Of a stretch of DNA of 34,453 nucleotides, positions 13,627 through 22,725 are shown piece by piece. The notes below the pieces were generated by a model that saw nothing but the letters and a program-made list of their open reading frames with translations, made no database searches and was not told the DNA's origin. Positions within the stretch are counted from its first letter, which is position 1; each line of letters begins with the position of its first letter. The position numbers and the translations under genes were made by a program. Location: positions 1 through 34,453 of IMG/VR virus record IMGVR_UViG_3300049049_000057, one strand, 5' to 3'. The DNA is from a virus (Duplodnaviria; Caudoviricetes).

Positions 13627-15776
13627 AGAAAATGGACGACGAGGCCCTTCTTAGTCACCTCCAGACCCTGGAGGAAGACTCGGCAGCGTTCGTGTGGGGT
13701 GCGCTCGGCGACGAGCGTGAGAAAGCCCAGCGCGAATACTTCCGCATGCCCTATGGCAACGAGGAGGATGGCTGGTCGTCCATTGTCACCAGCAATGTGA
13801 TGGACACGGTTGAGGGCATGTTGCCCCAGCTGCTGGATGTGTTCACCGCGACCGATTCAATCGTCTCATTTGAGCCGACCAAAGCCGAAGACGTGCGAGG
13901 CGCGCAGCAAGCGACAGACACTTGCAACTACATATTCACCAAGAAGAATGACGGCTTCCTGGTGCTGTACACGGCAATCAAAGACGCTTTGCTGGTGAAG
14001 AACGGTGCGGTGCACTGGCGCAAAGAAACCAAGCGCCGCAAGGTTAAGACGCCATTGCGTGGTGTGACCGAGATGCAATTGACCATGGCCCTGGAGAAGG
14101 GCGGCGAACTGGTCAATGCTGAGCCAGTCGGACAAGTGCCAGACCCGATGACTGGCGAGCCGACGGTTGTGTACAACGCCACGATTGAGAAGGAAGAAGC
14201 CACCCAAGACATCAAGGTTGAAGCCTTCCCGCCCGAAGACTTGTTGGTCAAGCGCGACTGGACGTCGCCAATGCTGGCCGACTGTCCCTATGTCGCCCGC
14301 ATCATGCGGGTGACGCTGTCTGACCTGGTGGAGATGGGCTACACCGATGTGACTGCCGAAGATTTGGCAGGCTCGGACGACCCCAGCGAATCCGCTGATG
14401 CCGAGTTCCGCACGTCCCGCCTGAGCCAGAACGGCGACGCCTACGAAGATGACACGATGGTCAGCGTTGAGGACGACTCGCTGACCGAGGGGTTCTTGCG
14501 CATTGAATACGTGCTGGTGGACTATGACGGCGACGGTATCGCTGAGCGCCGTTGCATCTACCGCCTGAAAAACCGCATTCTCAAGAACGACGAAGAATCA
14601 CAGGTTCCCATCGCCACCGCCTCGCCGATTCTTGTGGCGCACCGCTGGGACGGCATGAGCGCAGCCGAGACAGTCAGCGACATCCAGCAGCTGGACACGG
14701 AAGTCACTCGCCAGATGCTGAATTCGCTGTATCTGGCAAACACCCCCCGCACCAAAGTGCTGACGAACGCTCAGGGGTCGCCGGTCGCCAACATTGATGA
14801 CCTGCTGGACGCACGCCCTGGTGGCATTCTGCGTACACAGGACATGAATGGCATTCAGGAGCATGTGACGCCCTTCGTAGGGGGGCAGGCGCTACCTATC
14901 CTGGAGTACATCGCGAAGATGCAGGAGAACCGGACCGGAGCCACCCGCTACGGTCAGGGCCTGGATTCTGATGGGCTGCAGAAGACAAACGGTGAGTCTG
15001 CGCGGATCATGAGCGCCCAGCTAATGCGGCTCAAGTTGACGGCCCGCATCCTGGCCGAATGCCTGGTGAAGCCGATCTTCCAGGGCATCTTGAAGCTGTT
15101 GACCGAAGGCGACATGCAGAAGATCGCCTTCCGCCTGCGAAATGAGTTTGTGGAGTACGACCCGCAGGAGTGGCGGGATTCGTATGACATGACGATCAAC
15201 GTGGGTCTTGGCACTGGCGACAAGGACATGCAGCTGCGCCATTTGGGCGCGATCTTCCAGGCGCAGATGACGCTTGCCCAATCTCCATTTGGTCCTTCGC
15301 TGATTGACCCGGTGCGCATGTACAACACACAGGCGAAGCTGGTGGAGAACGCAGGGTTCAAGAACGTGGGCGACTTCTGGAAAGACCCCAGCAAGGAACC
15401 TCCGCCAGCACCTACGCCGCCGCCTCCACCTCCGCAGGTGCTGGTCAAGCAAATGGAACTGCAGGCCGATCAGCAGAAGTTCCAGGCCGAACACCAACTG
15501 ACGATGCAGCGCGAACAGCTGCAGGACGCCGCCAAACAGCGCGAGACGCAAATGCAGCTGGAGCTTCAAGCGGCCAACGACCAGCGCGATGCAGAGCGCG
15601 AGACGATGAAGGCGCAGTACGAAGCGCAGTTGGAAGCCCAGCGTATCGAGTTGGACCGCTACAAGGTGGATCAGGACAACCAGACCCGGATCATCGTCGC
15701 GCAGATCAACGCCGCCAGCAAGGCGCAACCCAAGCCATTCCATGACCAACCAGCAAACCGCCCAGAAGGGCTTTGA
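13623..15776 (+). CDS. Portal protein (P22-like, with Q/E-rich coiled-coil barrel)
   Basis: 717 aa after terL; DALLVKNG, TGATRYGQGLD; long helical C-terminus. Confidence 0.92.
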   Translation: MKKMDDEALLSHLQTLEEDSAAFVWGALGDEREKAQREYFRMPYGNEEDGWSSIVTSNVMDTVEGMLPQLLDVFTATDSIVSFEPTKAEDVRGAQQATDTCNYIFTKKNDGFLVLYTAIKDALLVKNGAVHWRKETKRRKVKTPLRGVTEMQLTMALEKGGELVNAEPVGQVPDPMTGEPTVVYNATIEKEEATQDIKVEAFPPEDLLVKRDWTSPMLADCPYVARIMRVTLSDLVEMGYTDVTAEDLAGSDDPSESADAEFRTSRLSQNGDAYEDDTMVSVEDDSLTEGFLRIEYVLVDYDGDGIAERRCIYRLKNRILKNDEESQVPIATASPILVAHRWDGMSAAETVSDIQQLDTEVTRQMLNSLYLANTPRTKVLTNAQGSPVANIDDLLDARPGGILRTQDMNGIQEHVTPFVGGQALPILEYIAKMQENRTGATRYGQGLDSDGLQKTNGESARIMSAQLMRLKLTARILAECLVKPIFQGILKLLTEGDMQKIAFRLRNEFVEYDPQEWRDSYDMTINVGLGTGDKDMQLRHLGAIFQAQMTLAQSPFGPSLIDPVRMYNTQAKLVENAGFKNVGDFWKDPSKEPPPAPTPPPPPPQVLVKQMELQADQQKFQAEHQLTMQREQLQDAAKQRETQMQLELQAANDQRDAERETMKAQYEAQLEAQRIELDRYKVDQDNQTRIIVAQINAASKAQPKPFHDQPANRPEGL

Positions 15777-16038
15777 AGCCGCCCAGGTGCTGGACAACCC
15801 AGCCTATCGGGCCGCTATGGACGCCTTGCGGGCCGAGGTGATCGAAGCGTGGAAGAAGTGCCCGGTACGCGACAAAGAAGGGCAAGTGCTCCTGCTGCAG
15901 CTGGCAAAACTGACTGACAAATTTGAAAGCGTCCTGACCGGCATGGTGGAAGGCGGCAAGTTCGCCGCCCGCCAGCTGGAACTGGACGAACTGAGAAACG
16001 AAAGCGCTGGGCGAAAGCTCATGCGCCGCGTTTTGTAG
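15742..16038 (+). CDS. Small head-region protein (98 aa)
   Basis: Between portal and scaffold; helical, AAQVLDNP motif. Confidence 0.8.
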   Translation: MTNQQTAQKGFEAAQVLDNPAYRAAMDALRAEVIEAWKKCPVRDKEGQVLLLQLAKLTDKFESVLTGMVEGGKFAARQLELDELRNESAGRKLMRRVL

Positions 16039-16128
16039 ACAAGCCACCTTGTCTTTTGGGGCAACCGCAGTGATGCGACCCCGTAGCCCTTCCGGTGGCA
16101 TTGGAAGGGTTCTGAGCGAAAGCAAAAA

Positions 16129-17088
16129 ATGAGCGGACAAGCTGATTCAGCACCCGGCAGCCTGGATGACCTCGCGTCGTTTCTTGAGGACAAGCCCCTA
16201 GAGGCCCCTGAAGAACAAGAAGACGACGCACAACCTCAGACGGACTCGCAAGAGGAACCCGACGAGGCGGAAAGCGCAGTTGATGAATCCGAAGCAGACG
16301 CGACGGAGGAAGAAGCCGAAGATCAACCAAGCGCGATTTTCAAAGTCACCGTCAAAGGCGAAGACGGCGCGGATCAAACCCTTGAGGTTGATCAGAAAGA
16401 GCTGATAGCAGGCTACCAACGCCAGCGCGACTACACAGTCAAGACGCAGGCATTGGCGCAGCGTGAACGGCAGGCTTTTGAAGTGGTGACGTCAGAGATC
16501 GAAAGAGCTCGTAGCCATTTCATGCAAGAAGCCGCCATGGCCCACGCGGCGGTGCGAGAGCTCGCAGGTTTGCGATCACCCGACGAAATGGCGCAACTTG
16601 CGCACAGCGACCCATCGGCCTGGGTTCAGGAGCAGCAGCGCGCAGCGGCGGTACACGCCCGACTGCAGCAGATCCAGCAAGGCGTGCAATCCGAGCAGGC
16701 ACAAGCCCAGCAGATGCAAGCCCAGCAACGGCAGCAGCTGTTTCACAGGGCATGGAGCGTGTTGCAAGAAAAGGGCATCGACAAGCCCAAGTTGGCTGGC
16801 ATCTATCAGGAAGCGTCTAAACGGTACGGCTTTGGAGAACAAGAGTTCGCCGCCGTCTACGACCCACGCCTGGTGCTCGCTTTGCGCGATGCAGTGGCCT
16901 ATCGGGCATTGCACGACAAGAAACCGGCAGTACAGCAAAAAGCGCAGTCCGCGCCAAAGCTGCCTGCGACCAAACAACCCGTAGCCCGCTCGGAAACCAA
17001 GATCAAACAGCTTGAGACGCGATTTGCCCGCAAGGGTGGCGCGAAGCTGGATGACCTGGCGGCCTACCTGTCGGCCACTGGCCGCTAA
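16129..17088 (+). CDS. Capsid scaffolding protein
   Basis: Acidic N-terminus, ELIAGYQRQRDYTVKTQALA, helical; directly upstream of capsid gene. Confidence 0.88.
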   Translation: MSGQADSAPGSLDDLASFLEDKPLEAPEEQEDDAQPQTDSQEEPDEAESAVDESEADATEEEAEDQPSAIFKVTVKGEDGADQTLEVDQKELIAGYQRQRDYTVKTQALAQRERQAFEVVTSEIERARSHFMQEAAMAHAAVRELAGLRSPDEMAQLAHSDPSAWVQEQQRAAAVHARLQQIQQGVQSEQAQAQQMQAQQRQQLFHRAWSVLQEKGIDKPKLAGIYQEASKRYGFGEQEFAAVYDPRLVLALRDAVAYRALHDKKPAVQQKAQSAPKLPATKQPVARSETKIKQLETRFARKGGAKLDDLAAYLSATGR

Positions 17089-17097
17089 GGAATAGAA

Positions 17098-18066
17098 ATG
17101 GCACAACCCACCAATACGTTTGACCGTTACGACGTCAACAGCTCGGTTCGCGAAGATCTGATCGACAAGATTTTCAACACCTCGCCAGAAGAAACTCCAG
17201 TGACTTCCGGCCTGGGCAAGTCCACCGCGACCAACACATACCACGAGTGGCAGCGCGACTCGCTGGCGGCTGCGAACAAGGACAACGCCCTGATCGACGG
17301 CGATGACTTCGCAGGCCAGGCCCTGACGGGCACGGAGCGGATCGGCAATTACTGCCAGATCTTCAGCAAGCAACCCGTGGTTTCGCGCCGCGCTGATATC
17401 GTCAACAAGGCGGGTCAAAAGACCGCCATGGCCTATCAAACGGCCAAGATGATGAAGGAGATGAAGCGCGACATGGAAGCCGCCGTGCTGTCCAGCAACG
17501 TCGCCGTGGCGGGGAACTCCACCACAGCTTCCAAGCTGGCGGGCCTGGGCGCAATGATCTATACGAACATCTCGTCTGGCGCTGGTGGATCGACGCCTGC
17601 GCACACCTCCGGCGCGGCTACGGTGGCGCCTACCGCAGGCACCCCGCGCGCATTCACTGAGACACTGCTGAAAACGGTTGTGCAAGCTGCGTACACCAAC
17701 AGCGGGATGATTCCCCGCCAGGTGGTCATGTCACCCAACCACAAGACGCTGTTCTCTGCGTTCACGGGTATTGCGGTTAACCGCTACCAAGTGGGAAAGA
17801 AGGAACAGGGCCGAATCATCGGCGGTGCGGACGTGTACATGTCCGATTTCGGCGAACTGGAAATCGTGCCGCACTACATCATGAGCGGCTCTACCCAGGT
17901 GTTCGGCGTGAACCCCGAGTACGCCAACATGGCCTTCCTGGACGGCTTCAAGCCCAAGGAAATCGGCGACACGGGCGACAGCAAGAAGAAGCTGATCACT
18001 GCTGACGTGACCCTGCGCCTCGACGCAGAAAAGGCGATGTTCAAGATCGCCGACCTGACCGCCTAA
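17098..18066 (+). CDS. Major capsid protein (DUF5309/SU10-like)
   Basis: REDLIDKIFNTSPEETP, HEWQRDSL, NYCQIF, YMSDFG; terminator follows. Confidence 0.92.
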   Translation: MAQPTNTFDRYDVNSSVREDLIDKIFNTSPEETPVTSGLGKSTATNTYHEWQRDSLAAANKDNALIDGDDFAGQALTGTERIGNYCQIFSKQPVVSRRADIVNKAGQKTAMAYQTAKMMKEMKRDMEAAVLSSNVAVAGNSTTASKLAGLGAMIYTNISSGAGGSTPAHTSGAATVAPTAGTPRAFTETLLKTVVQAAYTNSGMIPRQVVMSPNHKTLFSAFTGIAVNRYQVGKKEQGRIIGGADVYMSDFGELEIVPHYIMSGSTQVFGVNPEYANMAFLDGFKPKEIGDTGDSKKKLITADVTLRLDAEKAMFKIADLTA

Positions 18067-18076
18067 ACGGTCGCAA

Positions 18077-18110
18077 GAGAGGGGGGCCTGCGGGCTCCCC
18101 TTCGTTGTTT
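18077..18110 (+). terminator. Terminator after capsid gene
   Basis: GAGGGGGGCC-TGCG-GGCTCCCCTT followed by CGTTGTTT. Confidence 0.55.
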
Positions 18111-18143
18111 CAGCATCCGTCGCGAGACGCTGCAGGGGGAGCT

Positions 18144-18482
18144 ATGAATCTTGTCGGCATGTCGCCAACAGGCTATGCGGAAAACGTCACGGTTGATGAA
18201 GGCGTGAACGCTTTGGGAGTGCGCAAGAAGGTGCACTTTGAAGGCGATTCGGTCATCGTCCAAAGGACGTACGACGCCGCCCCGCACCTGGAACACGCCC
18301 GCATTGCGCGCGAGTCCACCGAAGGCAAGCGATGGGGCGAGGGCAAGCTGATCGGGCATATCCCGCCCGTGGAGTACGCGCGCATCTCAACGATTCGTGA
18401 CCCTGAAGAACGCAGGAAAGCGATCATGAAATTTCTGCGCGAGAACCCGGCGTTCGTCATGTTTGATCGGGCGCTCAAGTGA
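18144..18482 (+). CDS. Hypothetical virion/morphogenesis protein (112 aa)
   Basis: GGGGGAG RBS; GHIPPV..., FLRENP. Confidence 0.75.
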   Translation: MNLVGMSPTGYAENVTVDEGVNALGVRKKVHFEGDSVIVQRTYDAAPHLEHARIARESTEGKRWGEGKLIGHIPPVEYARISTIRDPEERRKAIMKFLRENPAFVMFDRALK

Positions 18483-19078
18483 TCACCGATTACGCCTCGC
18501 TGCAGACCGAGATCATCTCGGAATCGCACCGCTCCGATCTGACTGCAAAGCTGCCCGATTTCATTCAAAGAGCTGAGCGCGAGATGGCACGCACGCTGCC
18601 TCTGCGGGCCTTTGAAACCACCGTGACCGGGACCAGCACCGGGACGATCACGCTGCCAGCCGATTTTGATCAAGTGGAGCTTTTGGTTCTGAACGCCAAT
18701 GGCCGCGAATACACCATGGACTACACCTCGCCCAATGGCGTGAGTGCCTATGTCAGTGGCAATCCCAATCGCTACACCCTGCTCAACGGAGTGCTGAAGT
18801 TCATCGCCCCCACGGGCGGGGACTACACGCTCAATTACCTGCGCAAGCTCGTCCCGCTGTCGGACGCGGCCCCCACGAATTTCCTGCTGACCGAGCACCC
18901 GGACGCATACCTGTATGGCGCGCTTGTCCAGGTTGCGATGTACACGCGAGACGAGCTGCAAATCGCCAAATACGCACCCCTGTTCAACGTTGTCATGAGC
19001 CAGATCGCCAGCCAAGACGCACGCAAGCGCTTGCCCGCTGCGGGCGGGTTGCAAATCAAGCCACGGAGCTACAGATGA
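18479..19078 (+). CDS. Head-tail adaptor protein
   Basis: LPADF, TNFLLTEHPDAYLYGAL motif; GTGA overlap. Confidence 0.8.
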   Translation: MITDYASLQTEIISESHRSDLTAKLPDFIQRAEREMARTLPLRAFETTVTGTSTGTITLPADFDQVELLVLNANGREYTMDYTSPNGVSAYVSGNPNRYTLLNGVLKFIAPTGGDYTLNYLRKLVPLSDAAPTNFLLTEHPDAYLYGALVQVAMYTRDELQIAKYAPLFNVVMSQIASQDARKRLPAAGGLQIKPRSYR

Positions 19079-20448
19079 CCGTTGAAACCGCAACCTCCAT
19101 CCCGCAGCTGGACACCACGCTCCCGACGTCTGCCGACCTCATCAGCGAAGGCGACAACCACCTGCGGCTGATCAAAACCGTCCTGAAAACGCAGTTCCCG
19201 AACATCGGCACTGCGGCCATGACCGCGACGGCGGCGGAGCTGAGCTTCAGCGTCGGCCTGAGCGCATCGATCACCTCACTGCTCGCAGCCAAGGGCGCGA
19301 TTGCGGGGCAGGTGTGGACCGGCACGCACGACTTTTCTGGCGCGACTGAGGCTCGTGCGCCTACCGTGGCCGCAGGCGACAACTCCACCAAAGTCGCCAC
19401 CACGGCATATGTCGCATCGGTCGCCCTGTCCACCGCACTGCCGGGTCAGGCAGGGCAATCGGGCAAGATCATCACCACCGATGGCACGACAGCCAACTGG
19501 TCCGACACGATCAACGGCAATCTGTACTTCGCGGGGACGGCGCGACGCATCGGCATCAAAAACGGCGGCGCGACCCCATCTGATGATTTGCTGCTGGAAG
19601 CTACCAGCCTCAACTCAGCGACCAGCGTGGGGGCCATGCCGAATGGCGTCATCCTGGCGCCGGGGGCCGTTGCCAGCGAATTTGCTGTCTACAACACCAA
19701 CCCGGCGGTGGACTATTCGTACGGCAAGTTCGTGATGCGGCAGAACGACAGCGTGCGCATCGAGGTTGGGAAGGCCGGGACAGGCACTGCTCTGCCCTTC
19801 CACATCGATCAGGCCGGGGTCACGCGGTTTTCCATCAGCGACACCTTAGGGCGCGTCGGCATCAACCGCGCCGTGCCTACACACCTTTTCCACATAGATT
19901 CGGCCTACATCGGCGGCCTTCCATCGCCGTCCAACGTCTCCCCCGACCGCAACGTCATCACCCGCTTCCAGAACACAGGCGTTGCTGTGGATGTTGGCGC
20001 AGACAACGCGGCTACAGGCTGGGTACAGGCACGCAGCCAGAGCAACAACGCCACCTATTTACCCCTGCTGCTCAACCCCAATGGCGGGCAGGTATTGGCG
20101 GGTGTGGGTGGGTTTGGCTATGGTCCCAGCTCGATAGGTACTGGTGGAACAGTGACCCAGGCGACTAGCCGCTCGACCGCAGTAACGATTAATAAACCGG
20201 CTGGCGCGATAACGATGTTTACTGCCGCTGGTAGCGCAACAGTTGCAACATTTCGCGTCAACAACTCAATTGTTTCTGCCAATGACGCCGTTCTTCTCAG
20301 CATACGTGCCGGTGCAACAAATATCTATGCAGTGAGCGCGATAAACGTGTCTGCCGGGTTTTTTGATATTAGTTTTTATTCTCTTAGCGGGACAGCTTCA
20401 GACGCTCCAGTTATCAACTTTGTGGTTATTAAGGGGGCGACGACATGA
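19075..20448 (+). CDS. Tail fiber / receptor-binding protein
   Basis: EGDNHLRLIKTVLKTQFPN anchor, APTVAAGDNSTKVATTAYV, VGINRAVPTHLFHI, Gly/Thr-rich beta regions. Confidence 0.85.
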   Translation: MTVETATSIPQLDTTLPTSADLISEGDNHLRLIKTVLKTQFPNIGTAAMTATAAELSFSVGLSASITSLLAAKGAIAGQVWTGTHDFSGATEARAPTVAAGDNSTKVATTAYVASVALSTALPGQAGQSGKIITTDGTTANWSDTINGNLYFAGTARRIGIKNGGATPSDDLLLEATSLNSATSVGAMPNGVILAPGAVASEFAVYNTNPAVDYSYGKFVMRQNDSVRIEVGKAGTGTALPFHIDQAGVTRFSISDTLGRVGINRAVPTHLFHIDSAYIGGLPSPSNVSPDRNVITRFQNTGVAVDVGADNAATGWVQARSQSNNATYLPLLLNPNGGQVLAGVGGFGYGPSSIGTGGTVTQATSRSTAVTINKPAGAITMFTAAGSATVATFRVNNSIVSANDAVLLSIRAGATNIYAVSAINVSAGFFDISFYSLSGTASDAPVINFVVIKGATT

Positions 20449-20927
20449 TCCTGCGCGATGTAATCCGCTACGACAACGCCCCCGCCATCGAGGCGACCTG
20501 GGTGGACGAACTGGGCAATGTGGTGCGCTGCCACGCCTACAGCAATGCGCAGATGGACGACCTCCGCGCGGATCTTGGGGCCAATGCCGCAGCGCACGAA
20601 GCTGTGATTGCAGAGGTGGAGGCGACCTACGTTGTCCCGGAACCTCCGTCCATCGCCGAACAGGTGCAGGCCTTCGACGCCGCTCTGGTGGCCCATCTTG
20701 ACGATGTAGCCCGTCAGCGCCGGTACGACAACCGCATCACTTGCGCATTGCGCGCGGGCTACCCCGGCCCGTTCCAGGCTGAGGGGCAGGTCTTCGCCAC
20801 GTGGATGGATGGTTGTAATGCCCTGGCCTATCAGCTGCTGTCCGAGGTCATGACTGGCAAGCGGCCCATGCCCGATAGCCCGGATGCGCTGATCGCCGAG
20901 CTCCCCACGATGGAGTGGCCTGCATGA
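20445..20927 (+). CDS. Tail-fiber-associated (assembly/chaperone-like) protein
   Basis: HLDDVARQRRYDNRIT...YPGPFQAEG...WMD...ELPTMEWP; coupled to fiber gene. Confidence 0.7.
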   Translation: MILRDVIRYDNAPAIEATWVDELGNVVRCHAYSNAQMDDLRADLGANAAAHEAVIAEVEATYVVPEPPSIAEQVQAFDAALVAHLDDVARQRRYDNRITCALRAGYPGPFQAEGQVFATWMDGCNALAYQLLSEVMTGKRPMPDSPDALIAELPTMEWPA

Positions 20928-22474
20928 CCATCGTCACCGTCCCCCTCGCGGGGCAGTACGGCGTCATCAAGGACCAGCCACCGCACGAGCTTCCGATCAA
21001 CGCATGGTCTGACTCCGCGAACATCCGCTTCCGCGAAGGCGGTGCCGAACGGTTTCGGGGCGAGAAGAAGCTGTTTGAAACCCCCGCTGTGATCCCGTAC
21101 TGGCTGCAGCAGTACAACCAGGGCGGTAAGCGCTGGTGGATTCACGCCGGGCTGGCTGCGCTTTATGCAGATGACGGCGTGTCTGCGCGGTCGAACATCA
21201 CCCCCGCCTCGCCGCCGACCGGCACAGTGGATGACCGTTGGACCGGTGGCGTGCTCAATGGGGTAATGGTCGCGAACAACGGCAAGGACATCCCGATTTC
21301 GTGGGGTGGCTCCGGTCTGATGACCAACCTCACCGCCTGGCCTGCGACTACGCGGGTCGCGTCCCTGCGCCCGTACAAAAACGTGCTGGTGGGGTTGGAT
21401 GTGACCAAGAACGTGGGCACCACCAACAACCGCTTTCCGCACATGGTGAAGTGGTCCGACACCGCGGTGCCTGGCTCCCTGCCCAGCAGCTACGACGAGA
21501 CGGACCTCACACGCTTGGCAGGCGAGTTGGACCTGGCCGAAGAACCCTCTTTGATGGTGGACCAACTCACGCTGGGTGACGCGAACATCATCTACAAAGA
21601 GGCTTCGATGTGGAGCATGGTGCCCACAGGCGACACGGCCAACGTGTTCCGCTTCCAACGCCTTCCGGGCGAAGTGGGCGCCCTTGCGCGCGGTTGCATT
21701 GCCAACACGCCACGGGGCCACGTGGTCCTCACGCCTGGGGATGTGATCCTGCACGCAGGGCAAGGCCCCAAGTCGATCATCACATCGCTCATGCGGCGCT
21801 GGCTGTTCAACAACATCGACGGCCCCAACCGCAAGCGCACGTTTGTCACAGTCAACCCCGCATCCAATGAGGTGTGGGTGTGCTTCCCCGAGCTTGGGGC
21901 AGAGCAATGCACGATGGCAGCGGTGTGGAACTGGGAGGACAACCACTGGTCTATCCGCACCCTAAACAACGTCACCTATGCCGCAACAGGGCAGCTGGAT
22001 TACACGATCACCTCCACTTGGGCGGCCAACGGTGACATGTGGCAAGACGCATCGTCCGCGTGGAATCAGGATGAGCTTTCCCCCGCCCAATCCCGATTGC
22101 TCACCTGTGGGGCCTCGCCCCTGATCGTGGGCGTGGATGTGTCAGCCACGTTCAACGGCTCCACCTACACATCACGGCTTGAGCGCAAGGGCCTGCACTA
22201 CGACAAGCCCGACCAAGTGAAGCTGATCAAAGCCGTGTACCCCCGCATCGACGCAGCCGTGGGAACACAGGTGCAGATTCAGGTCGGCGGGACGATGGAC
22301 ATTGAGGCCGCAGTGAACTGGTCCGACCCCGTGACCTACACCGTGGGCAGTTCGTACAAGGCTGATGCCTTTGCTTCCGGGCGGTTCCTCGCCATCCGAT
22401 ACCAGTCCCTGGACAACCAGCCCTGGCGCATCCGCAGCCAGGACCACGACATCCAAATGATGGGGGGTTACTGA
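20924..22474 (+). CDS. Tail nozzle / DNA-stabilisation protein (P22 gp10 / T7 gp12-like)
   Basis: About 516 aa, beta-rich and Trp-rich; VKWSD; position after adaptor and fiber. Confidence 0.8.
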   Translation: MTIVTVPLAGQYGVIKDQPPHELPINAWSDSANIRFREGGAERFRGEKKLFETPAVIPYWLQQYNQGGKRWWIHAGLAALYADDGVSARSNITPASPPTGTVDDRWTGGVLNGVMVANNGKDIPISWGGSGLMTNLTAWPATTRVASLRPYKNVLVGLDVTKNVGTTNNRFPHMVKWSDTAVPGSLPSSYDETDLTRLAGELDLAEEPSLMVDQLTLGDANIIYKEASMWSMVPTGDTANVFRFQRLPGEVGALARGCIANTPRGHVVLTPGDVILHAGQGPKSIITSLMRRWLFNNIDGPNRKRTFVTVNPASNEVWVCFPELGAEQCTMAAVWNWEDNHWSIRTLNNVTYAATGQLDYTITSTWAANGDMWQDASSAWNQDELSPAQSRLLTCGASPLIVGVDVSATFNGSTYTSRLERKGLHYDKPDQVKLIKAVYPRIDAAVGTQVQIQVGGTMDIEAAVNWSDPVTYTVGSSYKADAFASGRFLAIRYQSLDNQPWRIRSQDHDIQMMGGY

Positions 22475-22716
22475 TGCCCTACATCCCTCAGCAAGTACCC
22501 GCAGACCCGGCCCAGTTGCCGGGTTTTTTGCATGTGGAGTTGGAGAACGTATCCCGCTCCACACGCGCCCCCACTCTCCAGATCGAAAAGCTCTACGTCG
22601 CCCCCACGCGGCCACGTGACGGGCTGATCGCCTTGGCAGACGGAACCAGTTGGAACCCCGGCGCAGGCGCTGGTGTGTATTGCTACTACGCCAGTGCGTG
22701 GAACAAATTGGGATAG
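22474..22716 (+). CDS. Small tail protein (80 aa)
   Basis: TGATG coupling; ADGTSWNPGAGAGVYCY. Confidence 0.75.
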   Translation: MPYIPQQVPADPAQLPGFLHVELENVSRSTRAPTLQIEKLYVAPTRPRDGLIALADGTSWNPGAGAGVYCYYASAWNKLG

Positions 22717-22725
22717 GAGAACCTT

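Noticed and set aside
19075-20927. Diversity-generating retroelement or invertible tail-fiber cassette
   Set aside because: No reverse transcriptase, no TR/VR repeat pair, no invertase or inverted crossover sites seen
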